A stretch of 64,000 nucleotides of DNA from Octopus vulgaris (GCA_951406725.2 OX597814.1:150660001-150724000); one strand, 5' to 3'. Counted from the stretch's first letter, positions 28,163-40,920 are shown. Notes: generated by a model from the sequence alone, not told the origin. Translations and numbers: made by a program.

Positions 28163-30490
28163 TTATTGCTTATTTAGCTTGGGTTCGAATTTATCAATAA
28201 AATTCTTTTCTCTGATTTTCCTCTCGATTTCACTTGGGCTGTGTAATTTGTAGAATGGAAATATTATATATATTTTCCGACCACATGTTGCTAGGTGGTT
28301 ACTCAAAGGTATCTGACGGACCTCTGGGTCTCTAATCTGTTGCCGGTGTACACGTGAGCGTTCTAATAGTGCGTTTCCCGTCTGACCTACATATATTTCT
28401 TCACAATTTGGGCATTTGATGCAGTAAATTAAATTTCTGCTTTTGCAGTTCATATTCGCGTTTGTGAATATTTTCCCGGTTTTTGTGTTTATATATTGAC
28501 CGGTATGTATGAATTGGCATGTGCCACATCGGCTATCATTGCATTTAGATACCGTGAATGTTTGGTCTTTGTTGCTGAGGTCAAATTTTGCCTTTGTTAG
28601 TAATGTTTTCAAGTTTTTAGGCTGTCTTTTACTAAGCACCATAGCTCGATCCTTGATTATGTCTTTTAATTCATTACTTTGGGCAATGATTGGTAGGTTT
28701 GCTTTGGCAATGTTGAAGATATTCTGGTGACATGGGTTGTGTGTCACTATGAATGGTATGACTTGTTCTTGTTTTCCTCTTCCTTGGGTTGTCCTAAGTT
28801 GTTGTATAGGTATTTTTATAGCCCGCTGTATGCCATTTTCTATAAGTAGAGATGGGTATTTTTGTTTGAGCAAAAATTCTCTTAGTTCTATTAGGCGTTT
28901 GTTCCTGATATTTGCATCTTCTACAATAGTACAAATTCTTCTGGCTAGGCAGTATGGGATGTTACGTTTTGTATGTGGTGGATGGCACGACTTAAAATTT
29001 AGGTATTGATGTGTGTCTGTGTGTTTATAGTATATATCTGTGGTGATGGTGGTGTCTTTTTTAATTACCATTATATCCAGGAATGGTAATTTGGTACTAC
29101 TCATCTCCTTTGTAAATTTGAGAGATGGGTGTAGGTTGTTCAGGAGGATATTGAACTCTTCCAGAGTATTTAGAGATTCTGTCCAGATTATGAAACAGTC
29201 GTCTAGGTATCTCTTCCATGCCTTTTCAATATACTTTCTAAATCCAGTGCCATAGTTTACCTCCACCTCTTGGTAGAGTTGTTCTTCTAAGTATCCCATT
29301 ACAGAGTTGGCGTAAACGGGAGCAAACCTCGTTCCCATCGCCGTGCCTCTAATTTGGATGTAATTCTTTCCATTGAAGAAGAATGTGTTATTTTCTAGAA
29401 TAAGTTTGACTGTGTCTAATATAACTGGCACTGTGAATCTGCTGGGAATCACTTCTCTATGTTTTTCTAACCAGTATTTAATCGCCTTTATTCCTAAATC
29501 GTGTGGAATATTGGTGTAGAGGCTTACCACATCAAAACTTAGTAAAACTGAATTTGTTTCTGTTGTTTTGGGAAGATGGGACAGGAAGTCGATGTCATCC
29601 CTGATGAAACTTGGTATGTAAGTACATAGTGGTTTCAAAACAATGTCAATAAAATTGCTTAGACGGTGTGTAGGGCATGCTGGACCAGCTATAATAGGTC
29701 TAAGTTTTAGGTCTTTTGGATGTAATAATTTTATGTACTCACTTTCTTGTTCTTTTACTGCCTGTTGAATGTTTTTTGATTTGTGTATTTTTGGTAAGCC
29801 GTAGAAGTTGCTGGGTTTTGGTTCAAAATTGGTGATGTAGTCTTTTTCATTATCCGTAAGTGAGTTGTGGTGTGTTGAAATCAGGTTGTTGATCTTTTTC
29901 ATGATGTGGTGGTCTATATTTGCGGGTATTTCACAATAGAAGGTTGTATCCTTCAGTTGGTCTTCAACCAAATCCTTATAGTATTCGGTATCCATAATAA
30001 CAATTGCACCACCTTTATCTGCTTGTTTAATTATTATTGTTTGATCGTTTTGTATACGTTTACATGCAGACATCTCTGATTTGCTAATGTTTGGCCTAAC
30101 ATTGGTATTGCGTCTAAGGGGAAATTTAGACAGGATATCAATGTATTGGTCAAGGTAGTTATTTCTTCCTTTTGGTGGGGTGAAATTTGATTTATTCCTT
30201 ACTAGGGATTCATCAATCTCATTACTTTTGTTAGCGAAGAATTCTACAAGTCGTAATTTTCGACAGAATTTTTGGATATCCTCCTTTAATTCTTGGTGGT
30301 TGGCTGTTGGTGTAGGTGTGAATTTCAGTCCTTTTGACAGAAGTTGGATTTCATCATTGTCAAGATCTCTTTTTGATAAATTAATTATTTTAGGATCTAT
30401 ACGTTCAGTTGTTTGGGGTATGTTTCCTCTTGGATTTTTTCTTTCTCCGGTGTTTGTTGTCCTGACGTAAAAAAATGGATTTTTTTCTGG
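28163..30490 (-). CDS. PLE ORF2: reverse transcriptase + Cys-rich linker + GIY-YIG endonuclease (stop-to-stop frame; first ATG only at 30073)
   Basis: IINLSKRDL..LLSKGLKFTPTP, IKQADKGGAIVI, FYGLPKIHK, LRPIIAG, SFDVVSLYTNIP, QIRGTAMGTRFAP, RYLDD, PFLDI, CNDSRCGTC, LIYCIKC..YVGQT..R..H, LN end. I read the frame by hand and it is open from 30490. Confidence 0.95.
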   Translation of the reverse strand, partial: PEKNPFFYVRTTNTGERKNPRGNIPQTTERIDPKIINLSKRDLDNDEIQLLSKGLKFTPTPTANHQELKEDIQKFCRKLRLVEFFANKSNEIDESLVRNKSNFTPPKGRNNYLDQYIDILSKFPLRRNTNVRPNISKSEMSACKRIQNDQTIIIKQADKGGAIVIMDTEYYKDLVEDQLKDTTFYCEIPANIDHHIMKKINNLISTHHNSLTDNEKDYITNFEPKPSNFYGLPKIHKSKNIQQAVKEQESEYIKLLHPKDLKLRPIIAGPACPTHRLSNFIDIVLKPLCTYIPSFIRDDIDFLSHLPKTTETNSVLLSFDVVSLYTNIPHDLGIKAIKYWLEKHREVIPSRFTVPVILDTVKLILENNTFFFNGKNYIQIRGTAMGTRFAPVYANSVMGYLEEQLYQEVEVNYGTGFRKYIEKAWKRYLDDCFIIWTESLNTLEEFNILLNNLHPSLKFTKEMSSTKLPFLDIMVIKKDTTITTDIYYKHTDTHQYLNFKSCHPPHTKRNIPYCLARRICTIVEDANIRNKRLIELREFLLKQKYPSLLIENGIQRAIKIPIQQLRTTQGRGKQEQVIPFIVTHNPCHQNIFNIAKANLPIIAQSNELKDIIKDRAMVLSKRQPKNLKTLLTKAKFDLSNKDQTFTVSKCNDSRCGTCQFIHTGQYINTKTGKIFTNANMNCKSRNLIYCIKCPNCEEIYVGQTGNALLERSRVHRQQIRDPEVRQIPLSNHLATCGRKIYIIFPFYKLHSPSEIERKIREKNFIDKFEPKLNKQ

Positions 30491-31689
30491 TTATGATTTA
30501 TATTCCTGTTGATGTTTGCTTGATGAATTTTGCGTTTTGGTTGTGGTACTTTACTTGGTTTCGTTATGTTTTCTGTCTTGTTTTTGGTATTATGTATGCT
30601 ACTTTTCAATTTCTTGTTAGCATTGTTTTTAACCACCTGGAGAAATGATCTGGGTTTACTTCTAGATCTAGATCGGTTTTTTGTCCAGTTTCTTGTGGGT
30701 AATCTCTGTTGAGGTCTTGAAAATGATCTCCTGTTATTTCTACTGCTAATGGTCTGTTCAAAACAATATCTATTTTGTTTGTGCTTTTTGTTCATGTTGT
30801 GTGCATTAGGGTGTTTGCATACAAAATGGGAAGAGTTCTTACCGTAGTTCGTCTTCGATTTGTGGTGAAACGGGTGTTCATGTTGCCACGTGTTCTGGTG
30901 TATGTTGCGTTGGTGAGGTTGTCCACTTTTAATGCTATTTCTCGGAGTTCTGGTGTCTTTACCGTAATTTGTAGCATATTTGTCGAGAAATAATTGTTTC
31001 CGCTGCCAAAACTTTCTTGATCTGCTTTCTTCTTTTGAGATATCTCTGATCCATAGTTCTCGCATTTTTTCTGCTATATTGCCGGTCGTTAGTTTGGATA
31101 TTTCATCTCTGATTTGATCATCGATAGCTTCGTATTTGGCTTTGTAGCGGGATTGTTTAGACAGGGTAATGGAGATGTCGGTCCTGAATTTTATCAAACT
31201 AAGGTCCCATCGAAGTTTAGTTTCTTCCTCTGGTTCTCCTGCAATTTCTTTAATTAGGTACTTCCGAGGAAGTATGGGTGCCGCTAAAGATATCCATTTC
31301 GAATGTATTTCAGCATATTTTTCGCATTTATATGCCTTCCAGAAGTTTTGTTTTCTTATGTTAAGGAGTTTTTTCCATGTCTTCTGTATCTCTTCTCTTT
31401 TTCGGTGTGCCTCTTTTTCCAGATTTCTTTCGTTTATTTCTGACATCCAAGGAGGTTGTGGTAGGCTTTCTCTTGTAGATTTTATAATTGTTGGTATCAT
31501 TTCAGCTAAATTATTAATTTCAGAGTTTATGTGTTCATTTCCAAGTTTTCCGTCTGTAGACTGTTTTTCTATTTTCTTTAAAATAGAGGATTGTGTGTCA
31601 ATCATCGTGATGAGTGTTGATAATTTCGATGAAATTTCCATTAGAATTTTTTCGGATTCTGTTAATTTTGTTTGTTGCTTTCCAGACAT
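30397..31689 (-). CDS. PLE ORF1, 430 aa: helical/coiled-coil-like N-terminus and basic R/S/K-rich C-terminus; function unknown
   Basis: Uninterrupted 430-codon ORF inside the tandem unit with a good start context (GCCAACATG); overlaps ORF2 by 94 nt. Confidence 0.85.
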   Translation of the reverse strand: MSGKQQTKLTESEKILMEISSKLSTLITMIDTQSSILKKIEKQSTDGKLGNEHINSEINNLAEMIPTIIKSTRESLPQPPWMSEINERNLEKEAHRKREEIQKTWKKLLNIRKQNFWKAYKCEKYAEIHSKWISLAAPILPRKYLIKEIAGEPEEETKLRWDLSLIKFRTDISITLSKQSRYKAKYEAIDDQIRDEISKLTTGNIAEKMRELWIRDISKEESRSRKFWQRKQLFLDKYATNYGKDTRTPRNSIKSGQPHQRNIHQNTWQHEHPFHHKSKTNYGKNSSHFVCKHPNAHNMNKKHKQNRYCFEQTISSRNNRRSFSRPQQRLPTRNWTKNRSRSRSKPRSFLQVVKNNANKKLKSSIHNTKNKTENITKPSKVPQPKRKIHQANINRNINHNQKKIHFFTSGQQTPEKEKIQEETYPKQLNV

Positions 31690-31894
31690 GTTGGCATATA
31701 CACAATAGGAATATAGATATATATATATATGGGTGTGTGTGATTGTGTATAGAAGAATATATTAATAAAAAGAATTCCAACCTTGTCTGATTTTCACGTT
31801 TTATTTACAATCTTATAATGATATATTATAAGATAATATATTATAATTGAATAAAATAAAATGAAATAGTAGAATGTTAAATATTCATTCTGAT

Positions 31895-31939
31895 TGAACT
31901 AGTACTTTCATGCATTGAATTCTGCAATCTTCGGGTTCA
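31895..31939 (-). ncRNA. Minimal type I hammerhead ribozyme (upstream pLTR)
   Basis: Identical to 27624-27668, offset 4271 nt. Confidence 0.8.
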
Positions 31940-31969
31940 TGTAGTAGTGTTGACAGTCATGCTTCACAA

Positions 31970-32116
31970 TTTTTGACTGTAGCAAGATGAGTGATTCTGT
32001 GCTATAAATACAGCTGGGTAGGCTCCAGAGTGCTAGGTTTTGCAAACTGTATTCTGACCAATCAGTGTGTAGTATCACTCAATTACTTAAGCTGATTGGT
32101 TGGTTGAGCTGATTGG
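31970..32116 (-). promoter_or_regulatory. Putative Pol II promoter in pLTR (CCAAT boxes + TATA-like box)
   Basis: CCAATCAG on minus at 32109-32116 and 32092-32099, inverted copy at 32058-32065, TATTTATA at 32003-32010, Inr-like ACAGTC about 30 nt downstream. Confidence 0.5.
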
Positions 32117-32433
32117 TTTAGGCATCACGCTTTGTTGGACAGGTCAAGAGTCCTGTATCTTGACCCTGGCCGAAGCAGCAATTGTTGGGTTATTTTTAGA
32201 AATGTTGTAAATATCCTTTGTCAGAGATTTTTATATTTTTATATTTCAATTGTCATCATCATCATTGTCAGCACCTTAATTATTGTTGCTAGTGGTGATG
32301 GTGGTGGCAATAGAACTTTTAACCCTAAATAAGATAATTTTCCTGCTATCTTCGTCTTGATCACCTTTAGTATTGTTGTTGTTGTTAGTGGTCATGGTCG
32401 TAGCAGTGGAAGTAATACCTCTAAGTATTATTA

Positions 32434-33309
32434 TTATTGCTTATTTAGCTTGGGTTCGAATTTATCAATAAAATTCTTTTCTCTGATTTTCCTCTCGATT
32501 TCACTTGGGCTGTGTAATTTGTAGAATGGAAATATTATATATATTTTCCGACCACATGTTGCTAGGTGGTTACTCAAAGGTATCTGACGGACCTCTGGGT
32601 CTCTAATCTGTTGCCGGTGTACACGTGAGCGTTCTAATAGTGCGTTTCCCGTCTGACCTACATATATTTCTTCACAATTTGGGCATTTGATGCAGTAAAT
32701 TAAATTTCTGCTTTTGCAGTTCATATTCGCGTTTGTGAATATTTTCCCGGTTTTTGTGTTTATATATTGACCGGTATGTATGAATTGGCATGTGCCACAT
32801 CGGCTATCATTGCATTTAGATACCGTGAATGTTTGGTCTTTGTTGCTGAGGTCAAATTTTGCCTTTGTTAGTAATGTTTTCAAGTTTTTAGGCTGTCTTT
32901 TACTAAGCACCATAGCTCGATCCTTGATTATGTCTTTTAATTCATTACTTTGGGCAATGATTGGTAGGTTTGCTTTGGCAATGTTGAAGATATTCTGGTG
33001 ACATGGGTTGTGTGTCACTATGAATGGTATGACTTGTTCTTGTTTTCCTCTTCCTTGGGTTGTCCTAAGTTGTTGTATAGGTATTTTTATAGCCCGCTGT
33101 ATGCCATTTTCTATAAGTAGAGATGGGTATTTTTGTTTGAGCAAAAATTCTCTTAGTTCTATTAGGCGTTTGTTCCTGATATTTGCATCTTCTACAATAG
33201 TACAAATTCTTCTGGCTAGGCAGTATGGGATGTTACGTTTTGTATGTGGTGGATGGCACGACTTAAAATTTAGGTATTGATGTGTGTCTGTGTGTTTATA
33301 GTATATATC
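32434..33309 (-). pseudogene. 5'-truncated duplicate of PLE ORF2 (thumb, linker, GIY-YIG) forming the upstream pLTR
   Basis: Translation identical to the C-terminus of the 28163 ORF; truncated at DIYYKHTD. Confidence 0.93.
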
Positions 33310-33879
33310 AATATTTATCTATCGCCTGATGGAATACTTTAAATATTCATCTTACCTAAACTGAAAAGCAAACGGTTTATATAAATATACATAACCTCGC
33401 GCATGCTCAAATACACACACACACACACACATGCACAAAGACACACTCACACATACTCACACTTATATTCATATATGTATATATCTAAAGTTAATCCATT
33501 ACTCACAAGCGACAATAACCTAGTAGCTTGTATCTAGCCTTTGCTTTTTAGTTTTTGCTGCTTGTGTAGTTGTGAGCTGAAAAACACACACACACACACA
33601 CACATGCAAACATACGCACATATACACAGACTCACAATCAGACACACACACACACACACACACACACACTCGGCTTTCCAACCGTGAACGTGATATAGAG
33701 GATTTAATAACTAAAGAGGGTGAATGTTACACCAACTCATATGATACTCATGTAGATGGCTAGATTCAAGCAACATGAATGAAGAGCCTTGCTGAAGGAC
33801 ACAACGCAACGCTCTGTGTGGAGGCAAGCACATAAACTCATCAGCATGAACCAAACATTCTAACGACTTAGAGATACTA

Positions 33880-34480
33880 TTGAGATTGACTAAGATTGGG
33901 CTAGTTTCTCCCCTCTCTGGGCGTGCCTGCGGAGGCAGTTCAGGCCAAGGGCGGTATAGAACAGCCAGGGGCATTCATCACAGGGTAGAGTTGGCGAGGT
34001 CGCGGAAGTGTGTGTCGCTCTTTGTGTTTTCGGTGTCTGATCTCTGCCACTTGACGTCTGTTATTTTCCATCAGGTGTGTTCCCCTGACGATTGTGTCTC
34101 AAGTATTTAGGTCAATGGAGCAGCGGAAGAGAGTGGCCTTGAGTTGGTCTCGGAAATGGAAGTTGGGAGCTCTGTACGGCCCGCTGCCTGAAACCAATTA
34201 TGCAAAGAGGATTTGATGGATGGGTGCGATTGAAGCATATGTATGATGTGTCTCGGCCAGCGGAGATTCTGTCTGTCATGGTAGCTTCAGTGCTGGATAG
34301 TTCTGCCTGGTGCAGGATCTCTTCTCTGGTAATATATGATTACGCAAAGTTTGTGGTCTTGGAAACGTTCGAGTTTCTTAAATTCACTTCGATAAAACGC
34401 CCACGCCTCTCATACATGTTGGAGTGTGGAAAGGATGACAGCTCGGATTACCATGATTTCCCTTTTGATACTGAGGTCAT
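33880..34480 (-). mobile_element. RTE-clade LINE RT C-terminal relic
   Basis: Broken minus-strand translation KLERFQDHKL...ITREEILHQAELSSTEATMT...LRWPRHIIHM...FRDQLKATL, matching the RTE post-RT region. Confidence 0.7.
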
Positions 34481-35088
34481 TGTTTTATATATATATATGT
34501 ATGTATGTATCTATGTCAGCATGTATGCAATGTGTGTACAACTTTATGACTACGCCATTATAATCTGCTAAACCAGTGTCTGCACAGAGAATATGTGTTA
34601 CACCACGTCCACAACTGAATTTATATATCAAATAATATCACGTATCTATAAACAAATGACTAAAACGAAAATGTTTGCAGCTTCTAAGTTTGTATATCGC
34701 TACGTCTTGTGACCTTGTGTATGTTAATATGTGCAATTTGCCCGTGTTTATGCACAAGGGTATATGAGAGTATTCTTGTGTATGTGTGTTCTTTTTAAAA
34801 TGTGCTTATATATATCTTTGTTTACATTTATATCCGCATATTCCATTTATTTATTTATTTTTTTAAATATTTTGTTTTGCTGGTTTTAAAATGGATGCTT
34901 TACCGAAGCAGCTGGATCAGGATGTATACACACATACTTCCTGCTTACGTTGAATTACAAAGGATACGTACAAACACTCAAAGACTCACGTGGTCAAATA
35001 TATACACACCCGCAAATGATAAGTCTATGTAGCAAAAGTGTGTGTATATTTCAATAAATTTTACATGTGTGTATGTGTGTGTGTGCAC

Positions 35089-35141
<53 letters not shown>

Positions 35142-35688
35142 TGGGTGAGTGAGCAAACTGAAAATAAGATCACTCAGCACATTAAATAGAAGTTACATGT
35201 ATCATGCAACTTAAATTTTGCAGGCTTCAAACAGAGGCTCAGCCTGAAAGAGACGGGCTTCTGTTAGAGGCCTGCGAAACCTTAAGTCGCAAAAACCGAA
35301 CCAAACATGTGTGTCTACTACACGTGTCTATGTCTTATCTTTTACTCGTGCCAATAATCAACCTGTGGCCGTGCTTGTCATGCTTGAGCCCCACAATAGT
35401 GTTTTCATCTAACAGAACATACCTCATATTTGTTGACATTAATTTCCGCCGGTGTCAACTTTGCTTTTCAAGTTTAATGAAATAAGTATCAGTTGTATCG
35501 ATATAAACGACTTACCCCCTGCTCCTTTATTGCTGGTCTTGCGCCATAGTTTGAAATCAATATTTATTGTCAATTCTGGTGTATATTCTATTATTTGTTA
35601 TGCCAAATAGCTAAGTTACTGGAACGTATATTAAAACATACAAATTGTTGTCAAGCGGTGTAAGGTGGTCAACACAGGCACAAAGTAT

Positions 35689-35740
<52 letters not shown>

Positions 35741-36007
35741 TTAGACACAAACACACTTACACACGCGCGCGCGCGAGCACTAAGTTCACTGACAAAACAC
35801 TGGTTTGCCCCTGTAGTAGATGATACGTGGGCAAGTATCTTCTAAAAAATAAGTTCTATTCCCCTGTGAAACCGTATCTATAACCAAGATCAAGTGGTTG
35901 CAATGCAAAATTCTTGAAAGGTCAGGCATACTTTCGCCTACATACATGATCAGGTATATACATACATACACACACACACATATACACATATACATGCATC
36001 TCTCTCT

Positions 36008-36540
<533 letters not shown>

Positions 36541-36563
36541 CAGATATATATATATTCTCACTT

Positions 36564-36688
36564 AGGCGCGCATACATGCATATAACTTGTCAAGCACCAT
36601 TAGGAGGCGCGCATACATGCATATAACTTGTCAAGCACCATTAGGAGGCGCGCATACATGCATATAACTTGTCAAGCACCATTAGGAG
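36564..36688. repeat. 3 x 41-bp perfect tandem repeat
   Basis: AGGCGCGCATACATGCATATAACTTGTCAAGCACCATTAGG at 36564, 36605 and 36646. Confidence 0.97.
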
Positions 36689-37165
36689 TTTCGAGCAAAA
36701 TTTTTGCAAAGGGACATAGAACAAAATGTGTTGATCAATATGCAATTGCTGAAATACTGAGTTTTCCTTAACAAGAAACTTTCATAGAAAATCATTGTAT
36801 AATGTACGTCTGTACCCTCCAATAATACATAAATAAGATTTATAGGATTTATAAATGACTCCACCAAAGTTGCCTGTTCCCGCACAAAAGCTCTTTATAT
36901 CATTGCAGTCTGTAACCCACCAGGTTGTTTTCAAAATATGCATAAATATCAATGGATAAGAGGGAAACTACCAGTACCTCGTAGATAAATCTAATTACGG
37001 CTCTACTGTTTTGCGCTATTCGAAAAACTACTGTTACCTCCATATTTCTGAGAAACTTTATATTATTCGTCACACTACTCTAATTCTAAAAGAAAAGAAA
37101 CTTGTTTCTACCTGGCGGCGCATGCTCAGATTGTTTCTCGTTAACCTGAAAACAAATTCTCCATA

Positions 37166-37930
<765 letters not shown>

Positions 37931-38089
37931 GTGTCGTGAATGTTATTATTCACATCGATGACTCCGTGGAAACTCCAAACTATGGTCATTTGATGAAACC
38001 ATGGATCATTTGATTGTAATTCTATTTGTATTACATCAGGGTTAGACACTTATGTAACGCAGAAGAGAGTCATCAATATTACTTTAGTC

Positions 38090-38292
38090 CAAGCTGGCAG
38101 AATCGTTAACACGCCGAGCAAAGTACTTAACAACATTTCGTCCGTCTTTACCTTCTGAATTCCAATTCCACTGATGTCGACTTTGACTTCCATTCTTCCG
38201 GATTGATAACATACCAGTTGAATGCTGAGGTCGATTTAATCGACTTAGCCTCTCCCCCACAACTGCCGGCTTTGTACCAAACTTTGAAACCG
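38090..38292 (+). mobile_element. SINE family B with about 12-bp TSD
   Basis: Family-B body flanked by ATATTACTTTAG on both sides. Confidence 0.85.
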
Positions 38293-39170
38293 ATATTACT
38301 TTAGCTCTATAATTTTTTCCTCCGGTGCATCAATCATATGCACATCGCTGCTGCAATTTGCTCAAATTTCGTCTGCGATGCATTTTGTTTAATTAAACGA
38401 CTGTTGTTTAAGATTGCAACCCGTTTTGCTATTATATGACATTCGCCTTCATTGCTTTCTTAGTACTGAGGTGTAATATTTCTGTAGATTGTGATGTGTT
38501 AACTAATTAGTCAAATGACATGTTTGCTTGAAATGCAAGACATAGCTGGACAATGCTGTGGTATTCTTCTTTTCATCGCTCTAAAGACTGTAATCGAGAA
38601 AACACATATCAAATTTACCGTCGCTTATACCTGTGCATGATTTAATTATGTCTTTATTATCCACCTGAGATTTTACCTTCGCTTTGTAGTCACTGCTTTC
38701 TTGTAGGATTTCCAAGTTAGAATAGAAGTTTCCTGAATGTTGTTTGAGTTAATTATTTGTCATGTTCCAGATATTTTTCATATAAACATAACTGGTGTTG
38801 AGATCACTTTCTTTAACAGTCAGTGGTATTTATGTGGTGACTGGGGAGTATATCTTACAAACATTCGCAACGATTAATTAGAAGTCATTATAAATTAATC
38901 GGGACTGAAATATTAGTCTCTTAGGAGGAAGAGTATTTCGATATATCACATTAGAGAAAATATGATTAGCACTACCTTACCACTTTCTTGTTGTCTCCTG
39001 CAACGAAATTTTCTTTCTGTGCTACACTACTTAATCAAAAAGATCATAACAAAACTTCATAGGGTTTAGTTAAAAACAAACTACTAAGCCAGACACACTT
39101 ACCAAAACGTGCAGCTTTGTGAAAACAGAGTGAAATGTTTGTAAATACCGGATGTATGTATACCGGCACT

Positions 39171-39213
<43 letters not shown>

Positions 39214-39461
39214 GATATATATACACACACATTTTCTTCTTGTATCTGGTTTGCAAAAGATTCTTAATGTGAATTCGTGTGTTGAAGCAAAATAAAAAAT
39301 ATTATATATATATAAAACAATATGTTTAAAAATATTTAAGATATTACGTATATATATATATATATATATAGAAAGTATTTTAAAAATATGAATAATAAAT
39401 GAGTGGAAATCGAAACGGCATTAAGTCAATATGGCTCTCCCCAGGCACATACATACATACA

Positions 39462-39517
<56 letters not shown>

Positions 39518-40050
39518 CGCTTAGTGCAGTCGGAACTAAATTATAGACAAAACCAATATTTATAACATCATATGTTTTTCTGTTAGTGTTATTATATTTG
39601 CGGGGTTTCAAATAGTACGTGTATGAGATATAACAAAATATGAGAGAATGATATGTTTTAATTTCATTATTTAATTACACTATTCCATTAATATAGTGCG
39701 ATTATCAGTTTTAGAATGTCAAATAGATAATCAAGATTTATCATCAAGCCAGAGACCTATAACTTTTCTGCGTAACATTGCAAGATTGTTGCAGTGGTGA
39801 TCGAATCAATCATTGTTAAAATGGCGACTAACAACTCGATGTTTGATTCTGTCAAGATTTTCTACGATGCATTAATGTTACGCATAAAAGTTACACGTTT
39901 CTGATGATTTGTCGATGTCTTCATTATGTAATTTACCTTATGTAAATAATAATAATTGCCTTGAGTTAATGAAACGACGAAACTTATGTAACATAGTGAA
40001 GGTAAACGTCTTATAAGCAACCTCTCGTGTTTTATTTCATTATACATTTA

Positions 40051-40434
40051 AGCGCAGGTGTGGCTATATGGAAAGAGACTTGATTTCTAACCGCATCATT
40101 CCAGCTTCAATCCCACTGCGTGGCGCCTTAGCCGAGTATTTTCTTATGTAGCCTCAGGCCGACCAAAGCCTTGTGAGTAGATTTTGTAGACGGAAACTGA
40201 AAGAATCCCTTCGTATATACATGTATATACGTTTGTGTGTGTGTGCCTTTGTGTTTGCACCCGATTGCCGTCGCTTTACAACCGAAGTTGGTGTGTTTAC
40301 GTCCCCGTAACTTAGTGGTTTGACAAAAGAACCGGATGAAACAAGTTCTAGGCTTACAAAGAATAAGTCCTGGGCTTGATTTCTTTGACAAAATCTCATA
40401 GCTGAGACGAGTAAAAGAATAAAAGAATAAAAGA

Positions 40435-40435
<1 letters not shown>
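40051..40435 (+). mobile_element. SINE family A
   Basis: Colinear with 42314-42734. Confidence 0.88.
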
Positions 40436-40517
<82 letters not shown>

Positions 40518-40564
40518 CTTGAACACGGTTTAGAGATCTGTGCAAATCAAATTTTTATATATAT

Positions 40565-40845
40565 ATAAGACGGAGGTTGAAACAGCACAGACGTAAGTCT
40601 AAGACACTTCGATTTCAGAGGGAAGTTAATAAAAATGATTTTTTTAAATATATAAAGAAAATAATACCGGTTTCGATACAAAATGTCAGTAAAAGTTTAT
40701 AATAATTGATATTTGATAAGATGAGATACATCGAAACCGGTAATATTTTCTTTATATAATTTTTAATTAGATAATTTTCTATCAAATTCTTTCTTTTATT
40801 GAAATGTATTAGACTTCTGTATTATTTCCACCTCCATTTTTTATA
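40565..40845. repeat. Old (TA)n-flanked PLE-tail fold-back with degenerate hammerhead (40709-40746, +)
   Basis: GGAGG..AAGTCTAA..AAAGAAAAT..TACCGGTTTCGAT is mirrored on the right; ATAT-TTGATAA-GATG-AGATA-CATC-GAAA-CCGG-TA-ATAT. Confidence 0.72.
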
Positions 40846-40888
40846 TACATACACATATGTATATACACACACACACACACATATATAC

Positions 40889-40920
<32 letters not shown>

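Noticed and set aside
28509-31708. Plus-strand ORFs antisense to the PLE (for example 31169-31708)
   Set aside because: Shadow ORFs of the real minus-strand coding sequence.
36564-36688. CRISPR-like direct repeats
   Set aside because: Units abut with no unique spacers, there are no cas genes, and the context is eukaryotic.
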